From: Nageia nagi
Lineage: Eukaryota; Plantae; Pinophyta
Direction of reading: 5' to 3'
Length of the DNA stretch: 64,000 bases
Assembly (NCBI GenBank): GCA_050084985.1
Contig: JBITNC010000001.1
Span: 118,668,001 to 118,732,000 of the forward strand
Shown one piece after another: positions 42,239-55,653 of the stretch (the stretch's first letter is position 1; each line of letters begins with the position of its first letter). The translations under genes were made by a program, and so were the position numbers. A model generated the notes under the pieces. The model had not been told where the DNA came from, ran no database searches, and saw only the letters and a program-made list of their open reading frames with translations.

Positions 42239-43600
42239 AGATCTGTGCAAGAAGTTGAGTCCACTTTATGTACAAAAAGTAGAAATATTTTTCTTGATTT
42301 TCAAGTTTGGACATGATTGATCTCAAAATTTGAAGCACACATGGAATCATGAAAAAGATCACTAAGGTTAAAATCTAGTGCTTAGAGTCTATTTTTCAAA
42401 TATATAATTTCTTCCATTACCCAAATGATAGAAAATAAATTTTGATAGGGATGAACAAAAACTACATTTTAAAATATACAATTTTAAGACCATACCATGC
42501 ACATGTTCATCATACATAGTTTGACCAAAATAAAGGTAATTTTTAAAATCCTATTAGGCATAGATACCTAATACATTGAAGCTTGTCCTGGATATTTTTC
42601 CATAATCTTTTCATGAATATTTTTTAATTAATTTTATATCAATCGTGTTTATTGTTATGAAAAGTGCTAGTGTCTCACACATAATTTGACCTAAACTTAA
42701 TCTTTTCTCAAATGATTTCTTATAGAGAATTCTTTGAAGCTTGTCCCTATATAATTATTTTTCATAACTCCAAAAAAAAAACTTATCAAGAAAATAGGAT
42801 ACCCTCATATTTCAAGTATATAGACCAATTTCATTGAAAATTAATAAAAAAATAAAAAAATTAATCCAATTGTAAAAAATTGCATATTTGAATTCATCAC
42901 TCTTTACCATTCACCTAAAGATCATTACTCATAACCATTACCATTCACCTAAATATCATCACCATATAGTTCATTACTCATAGGCATTACCATTCAACTA
43001 AAGATCATTGTTATTATGCTACTTAGGTTTCTATAGTACAAGTCTATAGATCACAAAAAAAAAAATACCATAAAAAACATCACAAAAGATCATTCTTATT
43101 CAACTAAAGATCATTTGAAGGTTTATGTAGTATGAGTTTAAAGATTATGCAAACAAAATGCCACTAAAATACATGATATTTTAGTACAAAAAATCCAAAA
43201 AAATGGTTATGGTTACTCGAGCTTACCTAGATAAAGCTTGATGCAAATGATGACAAATGGGGGAAGAGGAGCACTAAAATTAGGATCCCAAAATTACCTG
43301 CTATGCTTCACGGGTTGGATGAGAGTTGCAAGCTATAGAGCTGGTGAATGAGATCTAAGGCTTGGATCATGGTCTTTAAGTTTCATGGATCAGGATCCTA
43401 ATATTTTGGGATCCCAAAATATCACAATCCTAATATAGGTTTGGGTGACAAACCTATATCAAGATCCCAATATCTCTTAAGATCAAGGTCTCAAAAAATT
43501 GGGATCCCAATTTGTTTAATAGCAAGATCTTGATTTTTCCAACCCCAAATTTTTACCTCACACTTCTTCTTTAAGTGGAGCCAACTTCTTGCTTCCACCC
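42239..43600. mobile_element. Non-coding TIR DNA transposon (MITE-like), copy 2, same family as 11175-12131
   Basis: Ends AGATCTGTGCAAGAAGTTGAGTCCACTT / AAGTGGAGCCAACTTCTTGCTTCCACCC; flanked by TTCT(A) on both sides; empty site visible in the paralogous LINE at ~55085-55105; first ~550 bp resemble copy 1. Confidence 0.82.
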
Positions 43601-45321
43601 TTCTATTATGTTGCCTATGGTTCAAGAACTTAATATCAAATGGGATTTAATCTCTATTAAAACTAGATGATAATCTCAATTTTTTTTTTGGTCTTCTTCT
43701 ATTGAGCCTAAGTAGTCTTTTTTTACATGGACTCTTTTTCACTAGAGTCTTCCTCTTGGGAGAAGATTGAAGCATTTAGGTGTCATTGACCCTAGGTGTG
43801 ATTTTTTTAATGAGGAAGGGTCAACTCTCTATTTTTTTTGTTCTGTAAGCAAGTTAAGATTTAATGGGAGTGGGTTCTCTTTTTTTTTCTCCTCCCTTTA
43901 TGACAAGGAGTTGTTCTTTGTAGCATGGCTTATTGGGCAATTCCTTTATACGCTTCTCCCTCTTCAGGTAGTTTGGTATATTTTTATTATTATCCTTTCT
44001 TTCAACATTTGGAAGGCCCAAAATAGAATTACTTTTAAGAAGTTTGAACCATCTAATGAGTTTACTCTTGCTAACAAGATAGATTTATTTCATGATACCT
44101 AATTTAAGATATGCTCTTAGGATGCTAAGGTGGATATGGAGCAATGCCACCTACACAAATTGCTACAATATTGGGATAATGCCCCATGCTTAGTTAGCTA
44201 CATTCTTCCAGATACTCCATTACAAGATCTAGCTTGGTCCAAATCTTGGTTGAGGTCTTATCGATGCATCCCATCACGAGTTGGCTCCCTATCTAGTGGC
44301 TACCATTGATCATAATCATTATTGGTACAACAATCCTTATAGGATCTAGGTGTTAGTTCATCTAGAGAACACAAAGGATGGGATGCACTACCTGGTTCCT
44401 TAGGCATGCCCTTTGGATGGGGAGTGCAGATCATTTATGATATGTCAGATAAGGCAAATGATGGATGGACTATTCCACCAGATCATTGATCTCCCACGTG
44501 TGAATGGGGTGACATCCTACTAGGATTTAATGATGAATGACATAAAGGTGATGGAAGGGATCTTCATTTAATTCCTACCACCCAATGGAAGTATATGGTT
44601 GAGGTACCATCCATGGCAGGATCATCTCTTGAGGTAGAATAGACTCTTGGGTCATGGTTTCTTTTAATGCTTTTATGTGTAAATTTTGATATGTATGATG
44701 TGATCCATTATTTTTAATGGTTTGTTTTTGTTGGTTATGTTTTGCCAACTATCCTAATCCATGATTAGGATTAAAATGATACCATTTTAGAGTTTGATTT
44801 TTCCACCAATCCTTTTTTTATTGTAAAGCATTTTATTAATATAAATTTACTTTTTTATTAAAAGAAAAAATATTGTGTTGAGTACGTTTTGCGGCATGTA
44901 AAATATTATTATCAGATAAAACTCTAACGAAAATTATAAATGCCATAATTAGTGGATCAAGCTTTGGACTTTTACGTATTAAATTGTTGCTAGAAAACAC
45001 TTCAACGAAACCAAAATCCTAAATCCTAAAAACTAAAACTTTTCAACATTCTTCCGGTTAAATGCAATTCAAAACAAAAGTTTTACAATAATCTACTTCA
45101 ATCTATGCAACTCCTACATACAGTGTGAATATGTCAAGTTCAGAAGAGAAGGCCCACAGATTTGTCCTCATGAAAAAAAAAAAAATGGAACTCAATCTCA
45201 ATACTTGAAATCCACAAATCACAATACATTTGTCTATCTGTTGTATCAGAGCCCGGGCATTTGAACGAGATGTCCATTTTTTATTTTGATCCTTCGAAAC
45301 AGGGTTATCTCCATAAATCCT

Positions 45322-46509
45322 TCAAGACTCCGCCAAATTCACGCCAAATAATCTTACTTCTTCTTTCAATGTCGTTGGTCGGAAACTAGACGCCGAGTCT
45401 TTGTTTTCCATCGGTTTCTTCATTGTTGGAGGTGGGGTGATACGTTTAACGCCAAGACACAGGTCTCCGGTGCCATATGAGCAAATGTTGTAGAATCTGG
45501 TGGGATCTGTCTGATTCTCTGGCAGTGAGAAATATAGAGGAACATTAGAATACATAGCTGCTTCCATCTTACCCAAAGGCCATTCAGAAATGGGCCAGCA
45601 GATCTGAGAGTAAAAAGGGCTCACAGATCCATAGACCGAAGAAAATGGCCTCTTCGATTGAAAACGCCGGGTCTCCTGAACGCATGACATCCGCCGCCGC
45701 GACGTAATGTAAAGCTGATGAGGCCGAGGAGAGTTAGACGTCCCTCTGTGGAAAGACACAACGTCGCCGGGTTGGAGGTTTTTGTCCTTGACAAAACCGC
45801 TCCAGCCCTTTGTCAAAACGTAGCTTCGGCTACTGTTCCAGTATGAGTACCTAAACCTCCATGCTGTTCCTCCATTGTCTTCAAAATTCAATAGAAGTTC
45901 CTTCTCGATGGGATTCTCGTCCATGGGGAAATACTTCTCGGCATGGTGCTTGGGAATCACCAGACGGTTCAATTTTCCCACGTCGCTGGGCGTTACTACC
46001 TTGTCGAACAAATGCTCACAACATAGATTAGAACCCAAATTGCAGAACTGGGCCGAGTAAGACGAGGAGCAAGAAATTTCACTACCGCATTCGTTTTGTT
46101 GATCATTTTCCTTCGTGATGTTCTGATAGTGGAGCAGTTCTAGTTCATATGTGTGCTTTCTCAACATGTAGACGATATCTGATTTGGTGTGCTTGTTCAA
46201 GAATCGTGTCTCTGGGTCATCGTTTTTCACCGTTACGAAATTGGTGATGGCGTCCCGGCCACGGAACTTTAAAGCTGCCCGGTCATAGGCTTTAGCAGCT
46301 TCTTCTTCGTGATTGAAGGTACCCAGCCAAACACGTTGGTGTTTCTCGTAAATCTGCGCTCCCCAGTGACTGTTGGGCTGCGGAACAACGCCCTTGTATT
46401 GAGACGACGGTAGTTTCCCATCAGAATCTCTAATTGGTCCCGGCAATACACTCATTCCGCTACCCATTCTCTGCAGACCTCCTGAGCTCTCTTCCATTTT
46501 CTTTTCCAT
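45322..46509 (-). CDS. RAV: RAV/TEMPRANILLO-family AP2/ERF + B3 domain transcriptional repressor, intronless
   Basis: 395-aa ORF with AP2 ([40 protein letters not shown]), linker FL..HTKSDIV.MLRKHTY, B3 ([40 protein letters not shown]) and C-terminal RLFGV repression motif; CpG-rich. Confidence 0.96.
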   Translation of the reverse strand: MEKKMEESSGGLQRMGSGMSVLPGPIRDSDGKLPSSQYKGVVPQPNSHWGAQIYEKHQRVWLGTFNHEEEAAKAYDRAALKFRGRDAITNFVTVKNDDPETRFLNKHTKSDIVYMLRKHTYELELLHYQNITKENDQQNECGSEISCSSSYSAQFCNLGSNLCCEHLFDKVVTPSDVGKLNRLVIPKHHAEKYFPMDENPIEKELLLNFEDNGGTAWRFRYSYWNSSRSYVLTKGWSGFVKDKNLQPGDVVSFHRGTSNSPRPHQLYITSRRRMSCVQETRRFQSKRPFSSVYGSVSPFYSQICWPISEWPLGKMEAAMYSNVPLYFSLPENQTDPTRFYNICSYGTGDLCLGVKRITPPPTMKKPMENKDSASSFRPTTLKEEVRLFGVNLAES

Positions 46510-46569
46510 TGATTCTCCGGCCGATTCATTACATGCCCAGATGAATTTCCTAAATACAAAACCTTAGCT

Positions 46570-47215
46570 GATATCCCTCACATTCTGTTCTTGAGCAAAC
46601 TACACAACTCTTAAAGAATGAAGATGGGTAGCCAGAAAGCAAAACATATATATAGAATAGAACTTACATAGGGTAGTGAGCGTGTAGATAGGCTCCTTCT
46701 GGGTCAACTCATGGCACACAGCTAACCCAAACCAATCAACTGCGAAAAGGCAACATTGAAAAACTTAACTAACGTTAGGTGTGCTTGCCCTTATTTCTAT
46801 TCTACTCTCTGATATTTATCTCTACGTTTCCAGTGGGAATGGAGCCTCCATAACTGGTGAGGTCCACACACAAGCAAGCGAGAAAACTGTGACAATTGTA
46901 AATATATTATATATGGTTTTCGCTTACAACGGCATCAACCCATCCTTATGATTACCCTGAGGCGGTTTTGACTGGTATTCTATGCTTCTGAGGAAGCCGT
47001 ATAGTCTGTTCGTTTTACTTTGAGTAATCATTTATTGAACTGCCATAGAAGAGGGGAATCACAACTGTTTAAGTGGAGCCAATGAAGCTGCAATGCTAGC
47101 ATACTGACTGGGTTTTATATCTATGTCTACAGCATTTTTTTTTTTAAATGGAGTTTATCTAACGGTTTTCATAGGGTTTAAATCATTATTTAGTTGTGAA
47201 TAAGTGAGAAAGAAA
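46570..47215 (-). promoter_or_regulatory. RAV core and proximal promoter with TATA-like TATATATA at ~46647-46654
   Basis: TATA-like box ~140 bp upstream of the ATG; block well conserved in the duplicate (56520-57150). Confidence 0.6.
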
Positions 47216-47768
47216 GAAAGTTTATTAATATCCACTGGAGATCAAGAGGGTCTATTTATGTGATAAAGATATTTCACTATTCATATGATGTATATAAAAT
47301 TAATGTCTTTGCTGTTATTGTTTGGTGTAATGTCTATATACTAGTGGGAAGGGTATTTCTCCTATAGGTGTTCTTATGTTAGTTCTAAGGGTATTTCTTT
47401 TATAGGTATTTTTATTTTAGTTCTATTGGTTTAAAACATAGGGTAGTTTATGTTAATTCTTACCATGTTTAGTGATGAATTTTAAGACGATACTATAATA
47501 ATCTTACATATGTTTTCCTCTTGATCATTTCTTTATGGATATTAAGATGTTGAGAACTATTAGTTAATATGATATCTTTTACAAAAGGCTTTCATTTCTT
47601 TACTTGTGAAGTTAACTTTATTATCCATGATGAGTTCATAAGGGATAATAAAACATGTTTTAAATTTTTTGTGATGAACCTAATCCCTGAGGTGGTATAT
47701 GTTTTAGGTTAGGCTTGTTTTGACATTGCTCACATGTTTAGTACACACTATGCCAAAATTGGGCTTCA

Positions 47769-50700
47769 TGTAATGACCCAAAAATTAGGGCAAACTCAAA
47801 AAATACTCAACATAATTTTAGTTTTTTCTAATCTTATTCCAATTATTAAATCAAATCTAAAATATTACTCAAAATTATTACAAATAAATTCATATTTATG
47901 CAACAAATCATATTTGAAATAACTCTAAAATATTGTACCAAAATTGCCAAGAAAAATTTAAAATGAATCCCAAACAATTTTATTCACCAAGGAGATCAAG
48001 TACAAATGTTGAATGAGTGCAAAAGAGGCCCTAGAGGCTAGGATATCCTATCCAAGGTGGATTAAATCAGATTTGAATACTGAATTACCTCTACTAGGTA
48101 GGACATCCCACTTAGAAGGATCTTAAGTAATGCAAAGTAGTGTCTTAAAACTAGACATTGGACACCAAGGGTAAATTCCCATTCACAAAGCTTAACGTAT
48201 CACTCCTAGATGCTCGAAACTCTGATTCTAAATACCAATTAGGCTAATGAAGCTTAATGTAAATCTTGTGTGGATCCACCAATGGAGAGTTAAGAGGATT
48301 TTTATCCCCAAGACCTCTCTTGTAGGTTTTCATTTGCAAGGGAAATTTGGATAAACTCCAAACAGATATTAATTCCAATCCAAGCAAAGTTGAAATTTCT
48401 AATAAAAATGAATAAGAAAACACACCTATTTACTCAAATTACTCCTAATTATCCCATGAAGAGGAACATCCAATTCAAGATGCTCAATTTCAACATTTTT
48501 GCACCTTAAATGGGATGGACAATATGAATCCTCTTAAATACATCAAAAGAAATTTAAATATTCAAAAACATCATTATATCCTTCTAGAGGAGGGATGCCC
48601 TACTCCAAGTGGAAAAAATACAATATTATAATAAATTAAATCAGTGGGACCCACATGTAATTGTAAAGATTTGGCTCTGGAGGTGAACTTCAAAGTGTGA
48701 TATCTCCTTTGTTTCTTAATGAAACCATGCTATGTCACCTAACAAAAATAAAAATTGTTGGAAAAAAATGCTCTATCCATTTTAGAAGAAAAATTGATAA
48801 TCATTGGCTTGTGGAAAATGAAATCTTTAGAAAACTAAAAAAAGTGGAACTCTAAAAATTAGGATATTATAATTCCACCCCTCCTAAGATTGCTTGTCCC
48901 CAATCAATGCTAATACAATCACCAAGAAGAAACCAATTATGATTCCAATGTCTTAAATTAATGTCAAATGAGTAGGTCCATCATGTTGATGTTGTGCTAC
49001 TCTAACTATGAATCCTATGTACCAAAATTGTACCCTCTTCCTCTTGATATGAACAAATAAGGATGCAAGGGTAACATCAAAATTCATATATGTTGTAGAT
49101 GAAATTTGAAGTACCATATCCTTCATGTAAAGTAAATAATCATACAAAAAATCTAGTAACTCATGTATATGAAAATCAATATCCCCATGCTCCATAGGTA
49201 CAAATATCAAAATCATGGGAGAAGTAGTTTGAATCCTCATGAAAAATAACTTCACAATCATTGTCAAGTGCACAACTTCAAACCTCAAAAAGAACTTAGT
49301 GAAAATCAGTGAGACTATCTTAGAAATCATGCCATATTAAGCTTCAAGAGATATCAATGTAACAACAAAAAATATCATAGGAAAGATAGTCCAAAGTATC
49401 ATAATTACAACCAACAATATCCTCCCTATAGACCTAGTTGTCTTCACAATATTAACCCCAAAATGTACCTTAAATGATATCCTAAATATCTCAAGAGGGG
49501 TACAATAGTAAATTGCACAAAAGCCTTAGTCTAAAATAAGGTAGGTACAATAGTAGACACCCTTAAAGGTATTTTCTGAAACCTCACTGATATTGTAGTC
49601 ATAAAGGTCCCACAAAATGTTGTCTAGGGTAAAGTAGATATAGTAGTATGCAATATTAGAAATGCTTCCCAAATTATCAAAAGAACAAAAGTAGATAGTA
49701 TTGCAAGTGCAATCTTAGGTGTTATAAAAAATATTATCATGTATGACCAATGTTTAGCTTATTGAGCTTCATCAAATATACCCAATCATTGATTTCCCAA
49801 ATTGACTTTCTCTAAATATCCCCATAAACACAATGCCATAATGATGAATTACCATGAGGGAGCATATAAAAAAAAGAGTTGAGTCCATTTTATTATGATT
49901 TCATGGTTATCCAAGCTTCTAAAAGTTTCTTCCCACAACCTATACACATCTCCATTACTAACCCTTTGACTCAACTCAGCACCATGCATAAAATTTTCAA
50001 ATTCCTCTTCATCCCTTTCATTATCCAACTATAATGATTCACATTAACTCTACCACAAGAAATCATCTCAGTTGAAGTCCCTCTACATATCTTATCTATT
50101 GTAAACCTTTTCTACTGCACTAAGGTTGAATGAAAAATGGAGTCAAAGATTGAAATTCCCTTTTTATCATATGGTCAAGCCAAAGATTATTTCCCCCAAT
50201 ACTCATCAATACTTAAAATAACACTCCAACACTCACACCATGCCAATGTAACATAGGCTAATTTATAAAATGACAAGTAATATTAGGGAAACAAGTCATA
50301 CCCTTCATAGGAAAAATATAAAAATCATCCTCCACATCATGATTTTGTAAATCAATCCTCACTTGCTCCATCAATCCCCTAGATTCTATGGCTGATTTTT
50401 CTCTTTCTTTCTATGAAGATATCCAAGTTGTCAATTCCTCTCAAACAATCACTTCTTTATACACCAAACTATTTCAAATTTTTGTTCACAAGGATATTCT
50501 TCATTTTGTGAAAAATTATTTAGCATGGTTGTTTTGAGTCTATCTAACAACATACACTTCCTCTTTTCATCCATCAAGCAATTATTATACAAAATTTCTT
50601 GATCTATTTTCTTGAGGAATGGAGTAGTGTACCTTGTACTCCTCATGAATTCATATTGCTACCAATAATCATTCTTTACTATTGTCCTCACAAAAAAATC

Positions 50701-52970
50701 CTCATTTGGATAGTTAAAAGTTTCCCCTTCAATGCAAAAATCAATTCCAATGATTCCCAACATTACCCCTACAAAATAGTCTTCTTTTGAATAATAAAGA
50801 GCTACCCTTTCAAGATGAAAATCAATTTTAATGGGTCCAAATGTTGCATATATCAAATTGAATTTGGTTATTTTAAAATTCCTTTTAGTCTTCAACAAAT
50901 TTGCCCTTGCTTTCACTTGAAAATTTTCTTCACTAACCAAAAAATTAGGTACAATAATGATTTGTATACCTTCACAAGAATCTCCCTTGCTTAACACATC
51001 TCCATTTTCTATCACATACAATGGGTGCTCAAACTCAAGTTCATATTCATCTTCTATCTTGGACCAATCTTCTTGTTGATTTAAAATTTTATGTCCAAAG
51101 TTCTTCTTGATGTGATTAAGTTACTCAAGTTGTTTGGTTAAGATGAACTGATCTTCTATTACTTGTAATTTTATTTGAATAAAATCTAGTGGGTTCCTTT
51201 TTATTTTGATCTCATGGGTGAGATATTCAACCTTTTCCCTTATTTACCTAAAAAATTAATCTATAAAAATTTAGTCACTGATCATGAGCAACAATACTAC
51301 CTTCAACTCCTCCATTATGCTCTTAATATTTTGTAAATTATTAATGGAAAAAATTGTTCATTCTTTTGAATAAGAGTTTTAACAAAACCCTTGGTGTCAT
51401 CTAATTTTGACAATGCTAGTACCTCCTTTTCAACAATGAACAAAAATTATTCTTTCAAATTACCATCATGAATGTCAAAATTATAGCAAGCTAATGTATT
51501 ATTTTTATAATTCATTCAAAAATCAAAATTAGTTTCATACCTTTCAGTAATGTCATCATGGTTACCACATACCTCAAATGTCTCTCCATCAATATTTATC
51601 ACCTCTTTTACTTAATCACAATATGTTCTATATAATAGCAACTCTAATTTTTTAAAATCATCCAACTCAATATAATAACTTTCGCATGATTCTTGATATG
51701 AAGTTAGGATAGGTCTTACATTAAGAGGAAACTTATCCCAAACCACTCCTTTATTATATATGGGTGTTGAAACACCTAGATCCCATGCACTTAATTACCG
51801 ATGTGTTTCTTTTGAAGAAGTAGGCTCATTATGAACTTCATGTTTACTCTACAAATAAATGAGGCTGAAATGATTATTCATGTTTCTATCTATAGACATG
51901 GTTTGAAAATATAACCAACATTCATCAAAACTATTATGTTTAAAATTATGATAAGTTGAATTGAAAACTCTAATATTCTTTCCATGATCATGCTTTTCCT
52001 CAATAAATTTGTCATATATAATCATTCTAGTAGTACCATTACTTTTATGGAAAACACCTTAGGATTTCTATATACATACCTCGTGTGGAAAGAAAAAGTG
52101 TTCAACAATAATTTTTTATTTTTATCCAAGATCCAAATCAAACCACCATTTCATATCTCTCCATGTGTTAATAAAATAATTATTGATTCAAGTTCTTCTC
52201 CTTTGGTCTGCATTTTTATTTCCATTTTATCATCAAGGTCTACAAATTTATCCCCAAGAATGTCCTCCTCCTTTTCTTTCATCACTTTCTTTATTTCTTC
52301 AAATTTAGGGCTTTCATCTTTTATTGAATTGCCTTTATCATTTCCATTATTCTCTTCAAGCTTGCCTTTATTTCCATATCTATGTATGCCTATCTTGCCT
52401 TGCAAATATGATGGTAGTCATATAGATGAGCTCTCCCTTTCTAGATAACATATAGCCACATGAATTTTTGAGAGTACAAGCCCATTTTTTGTGGGTTGTT
52501 GTTGCTGATTTATTTTTTCTTCACATCTACTCCAATTTCCTTTTTACCTCTTTCCCTAATATCTATAAAATAATATGAAAAAATTACCCTTTTGAAAATT
52601 TCAAACATACCTTGATATTTTTTCCATGGTATTCATCTCTACCTCCTTACTCCTTAGATTTAACATAGGAATCCTAGCTAAATATTATCCTTTTCCTCTT
52701 TTGCCTATTTGAATTATTTATGAGTGAATCATTTACTTCAAAAGGCTATTCATTTGGTTAAAACTTCTATGAAAATCATTTATTATGTTTTCAATCCTTG
52801 AGCTATTCATTTGGTTAAAACTCTAAAGAGAAATTAATTCCAATCCAAGCATATGTGCAAATGATGCACTCCTTTCATAGATGAACTTGAAATTATCATG
52901 AAGTGATTGGTTGATACAACCCAAAGGTTCTAATAAAAATAAATAATAAAACACTCTTATTTACTCAAAT
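47769..52970 (-). mobile_element. Truncated non-autonomous Gypsy-like LTR element
   Basis: LTR 47769-48871 (TGTAATGACC...GGATATTATA, decayed inverted termini) followed by PPT complement TTCCACCCCTCC; internal degenerate minus-strand ORFs without clear RT; partial second LTR at ~52830-52970 matching ~48365-48440. Confidence 0.65.
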
Positions 52971-52975
52971 ACTTC

Positions 52976-55400
52976 AGCTTCCTTATCAATCCACTCAATT
53001 CAAGACTATTCTAGATAACGAGGTGAGACTCACTTCTCTTTTTGAGATTGCTAAAGTGTTTATTCAACATTATACTCAAGTGTTTTTTGCCTAACCTTTC
53101 ATCGAAGAAAGATAAAATACTTTGCAAATATGCTTAGAACCTATCCCTACTTAGGTATCCCATGCCTAGAGAGAAGAGTGTGATAAACTCCATTTTGTGG
53201 AGGATTTGGAAAATGATCTCTCTCAAATGTAAAACGCAAAAGCTCCAAGCCTTGATGGCTTTCCTTATGAATTTTACAAAGCATGTTGGTATTTTATTCT
53301 CTCTAGTCTTCATAATATTTTTATGTAAGCATTAAGAAAAGGTTCTCTTGGCCACATTATTAGTAGAGGGAATATGATATTTATTCCCATGAAAGTAGAT
53401 CTAAAAATCATCACTAATAGGACACCAATCACTCTTTTGAATACCAATTATAAGATTATTGACAAAGCTTTATGTTTGAGGCTCAAACCTCTTCAACCTC
53501 TTATTGTTCAACCGTAACAAATTGGCTTCATTCAAGGTTGTTATACTTTGGATAATATCTTGGTGGTCTAAGAGAGGATGGAATGGGATAGAAAGTCAAA
53601 TGAATAAATGCTCTTTTCATCAAAATAGACATTGAAAAAGCTTATGATCAAATAGAATTATTTTTTTTCTATCCATGTTTTAGGATTTGGGATTTTGCCC
53701 TCAACTTGTTCAAATTACAAAAATTCTTTTTTAAGATGCCTTTGGGATTATTTCTACCAACAATTCTCAATCAAAGGAAATTGGTTTCCATAGATCTATT
53801 TAACAAGGTTTCCCAATCATACCCTCAATGTATATCCTTATTGTTGAAGCATTTAGTTATCTGTTAGCCAAACAGGCATCCATCAATAAACTCTAGGGTA
53901 TTTCCCTCCCTCAGAATGAAGGGTAACTCAACGATGGGCACTTTGTAGATGATTTATTTATAACAATTTAGGAGCATGAGTAGTATCTATCATATGGTAA
54001 AACTTTTCATGCTTTTGAAAATTTCCCTTTGTCATGCTACCATGGTTGGAAGGATTTGAGTGGCATTGGATCAAGTTGGGGAAAATATTTAAATTCCAAG
54101 GCATTTCATTTACCTTCTAAGGAACTCCCTCTTAGCTTTGGACTTTTATCACATAGATAAGAAATTAGAATAGTGGACTTCTAAAAAGCTTTTGTCACAT
54201 AGATAAGAAATTAGAATAGTCGACTTCTAAAAAGCTTTCCCTTACAAGGAAGCTCCCAATATGCTCCAAAGTCCTTATCTCCACCCATGTATATTATTCC
54301 TCCTATTGGATGCCTTCTCGAGCATGTTATAACAAATAAGATAAGCTCTTGCAAGATTTGTTATGGTCTAACTCTTCAAATCATAAGGGTTTTCATAGAG
54401 TGGCTTGCTAAAGTGTTTGGCTCCCTATAGACTTTAGGGGCATGGGAATATTTGATTGCAGAAGATAGGGCACTGTTCTTTGCACCAAATAGATAATTCA
54501 ACCAGTGAAAAGTTATGAAGCTTGGTAACTTTTAATTAGATATTTCATTTCGTCCATCTTACCACTAATAAAATGGCTTGGAGAGGAACATATTTTCCTT
54601 CTTTGATTTTCATGCCAACTTTTATCAAAGTCCTTGGTTTTTTTGTTATTAAAAGTATCTAAAAAGCTTTGTAGTAGCTCCTACCTCGATTTAGCTCACA
54701 CCATGATTAAGATGGAATGATAGTAATTTCCATAATGTACTTTCCATCAATTTTCTTAATTTATGTTAGTATCCAATTCTCACTTTGCAAGGCTCCCTTC
54801 TTGCTCAGACTCAATGGATTCATACTAGAAATTGTTTCAAATGAGGTATTAGTTCAATTACTAACTTCTTTCCAAAAGATACTCAGGACTAGATTTCATG
54901 GGAAGTGTTTAAGTGTACTTTCAAGTTGAAAAATATATACAAGACAATGTATGATACAATTATTGAAATTTCTCCTTTCTAATGCTTCATAAAATTGGAG
55001 TCAGGACCAAAAACCATGGTAGAAGGATTGGAATTAGCATGTGAAAAATTTGTTTCTTAAGTAGGAGGTCAATCTTACTTATTTATGGCTTTCTCTTGTG
55101 TTGCCTATGGTTTCACAACTTAACATCAAATGAGATTTAATCTCTACTAAAACTAGATGACAATCTTAAGTTCTTTCTATTTGATCTTCTTATATTGAGC
55201 CTAAGCAATTTTTTTTACATAGATTTTTGTTCACTAGAGTCTTCATCTTAAGAGTAGATTGAAGCATTTAGGTAAGCTTTTTGTAATAAAGAAGAGTCAA
55301 CTCTTCTTTTTTTTATTTGTTGTGTAAACGAATTAAGCTTGAATGGTAGTAGGCATTGGTTCTCTCTTTTTTCTCCCCCCTTTATGATAAGGAGTTTTTC
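52976..55400 (+). mobile_element. Duplicated LINE ORF2 (RT) fragment
   Basis: Collinear with 38455-38530 + 40213-42238 + 43601-43918; lacks the solo LTR and the TIR insertion. Confidence 0.9.
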
Positions 55401-55653
55401 TTCCGGTTAAATGCAATTCCAAACGAAAGTGTACCAAAGAAGTTTTGCAATAATCTACTTCAATCTCCTATATACAGTGTGAATATGTCAAGTTGAGAAG
55501 AGAACTTGAGAAGAGGAGGACCACAAATTTGTAGTCATGAAAAAAATAGAATTTCACAAATCACAATACATTTGTCTATCTCTTGAATCAGAGCCCGGGC
55601 ATTTGAACGACATGTTCATTTTTTATTTTGATCCTTCGAAAACTGCGTTATCT

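Larger units (their letters stand above)
35890..44860 (+). mobile_element. Degenerate L1-type LINE, second family, interrupted by a solo LTR and a TIR element
   Basis: ORF1-like region with Cys knuckle at ~36700; endonuclease IVNIYA..WMICGDFNMIE (37529-37759); RT motifs ~40380-41110; FNIWKAQNRITF (~44020); T-rich 3' UTR ending in an A-rich tract at ~44850. Confidence 0.8.

Noticed and set aside
42905-43115. Spaced ~21-bp repeats resembling a CRISPR array
   Set aside because: Irregular, degenerate units without unique constant-length spacers, inside a TIR element in eukaryotic DNA; no cas genes.
45875-46451. Short ORFs 45875-46060 (+) and 46269-46451 (-), and equivalents 55628-55834, 56011-56199, 56228-56503, 56296-56496
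   Set aside because: Shadow or alternative frames of the GC-richer RAV coding sequence; similarity between copies is explained by the duplication.
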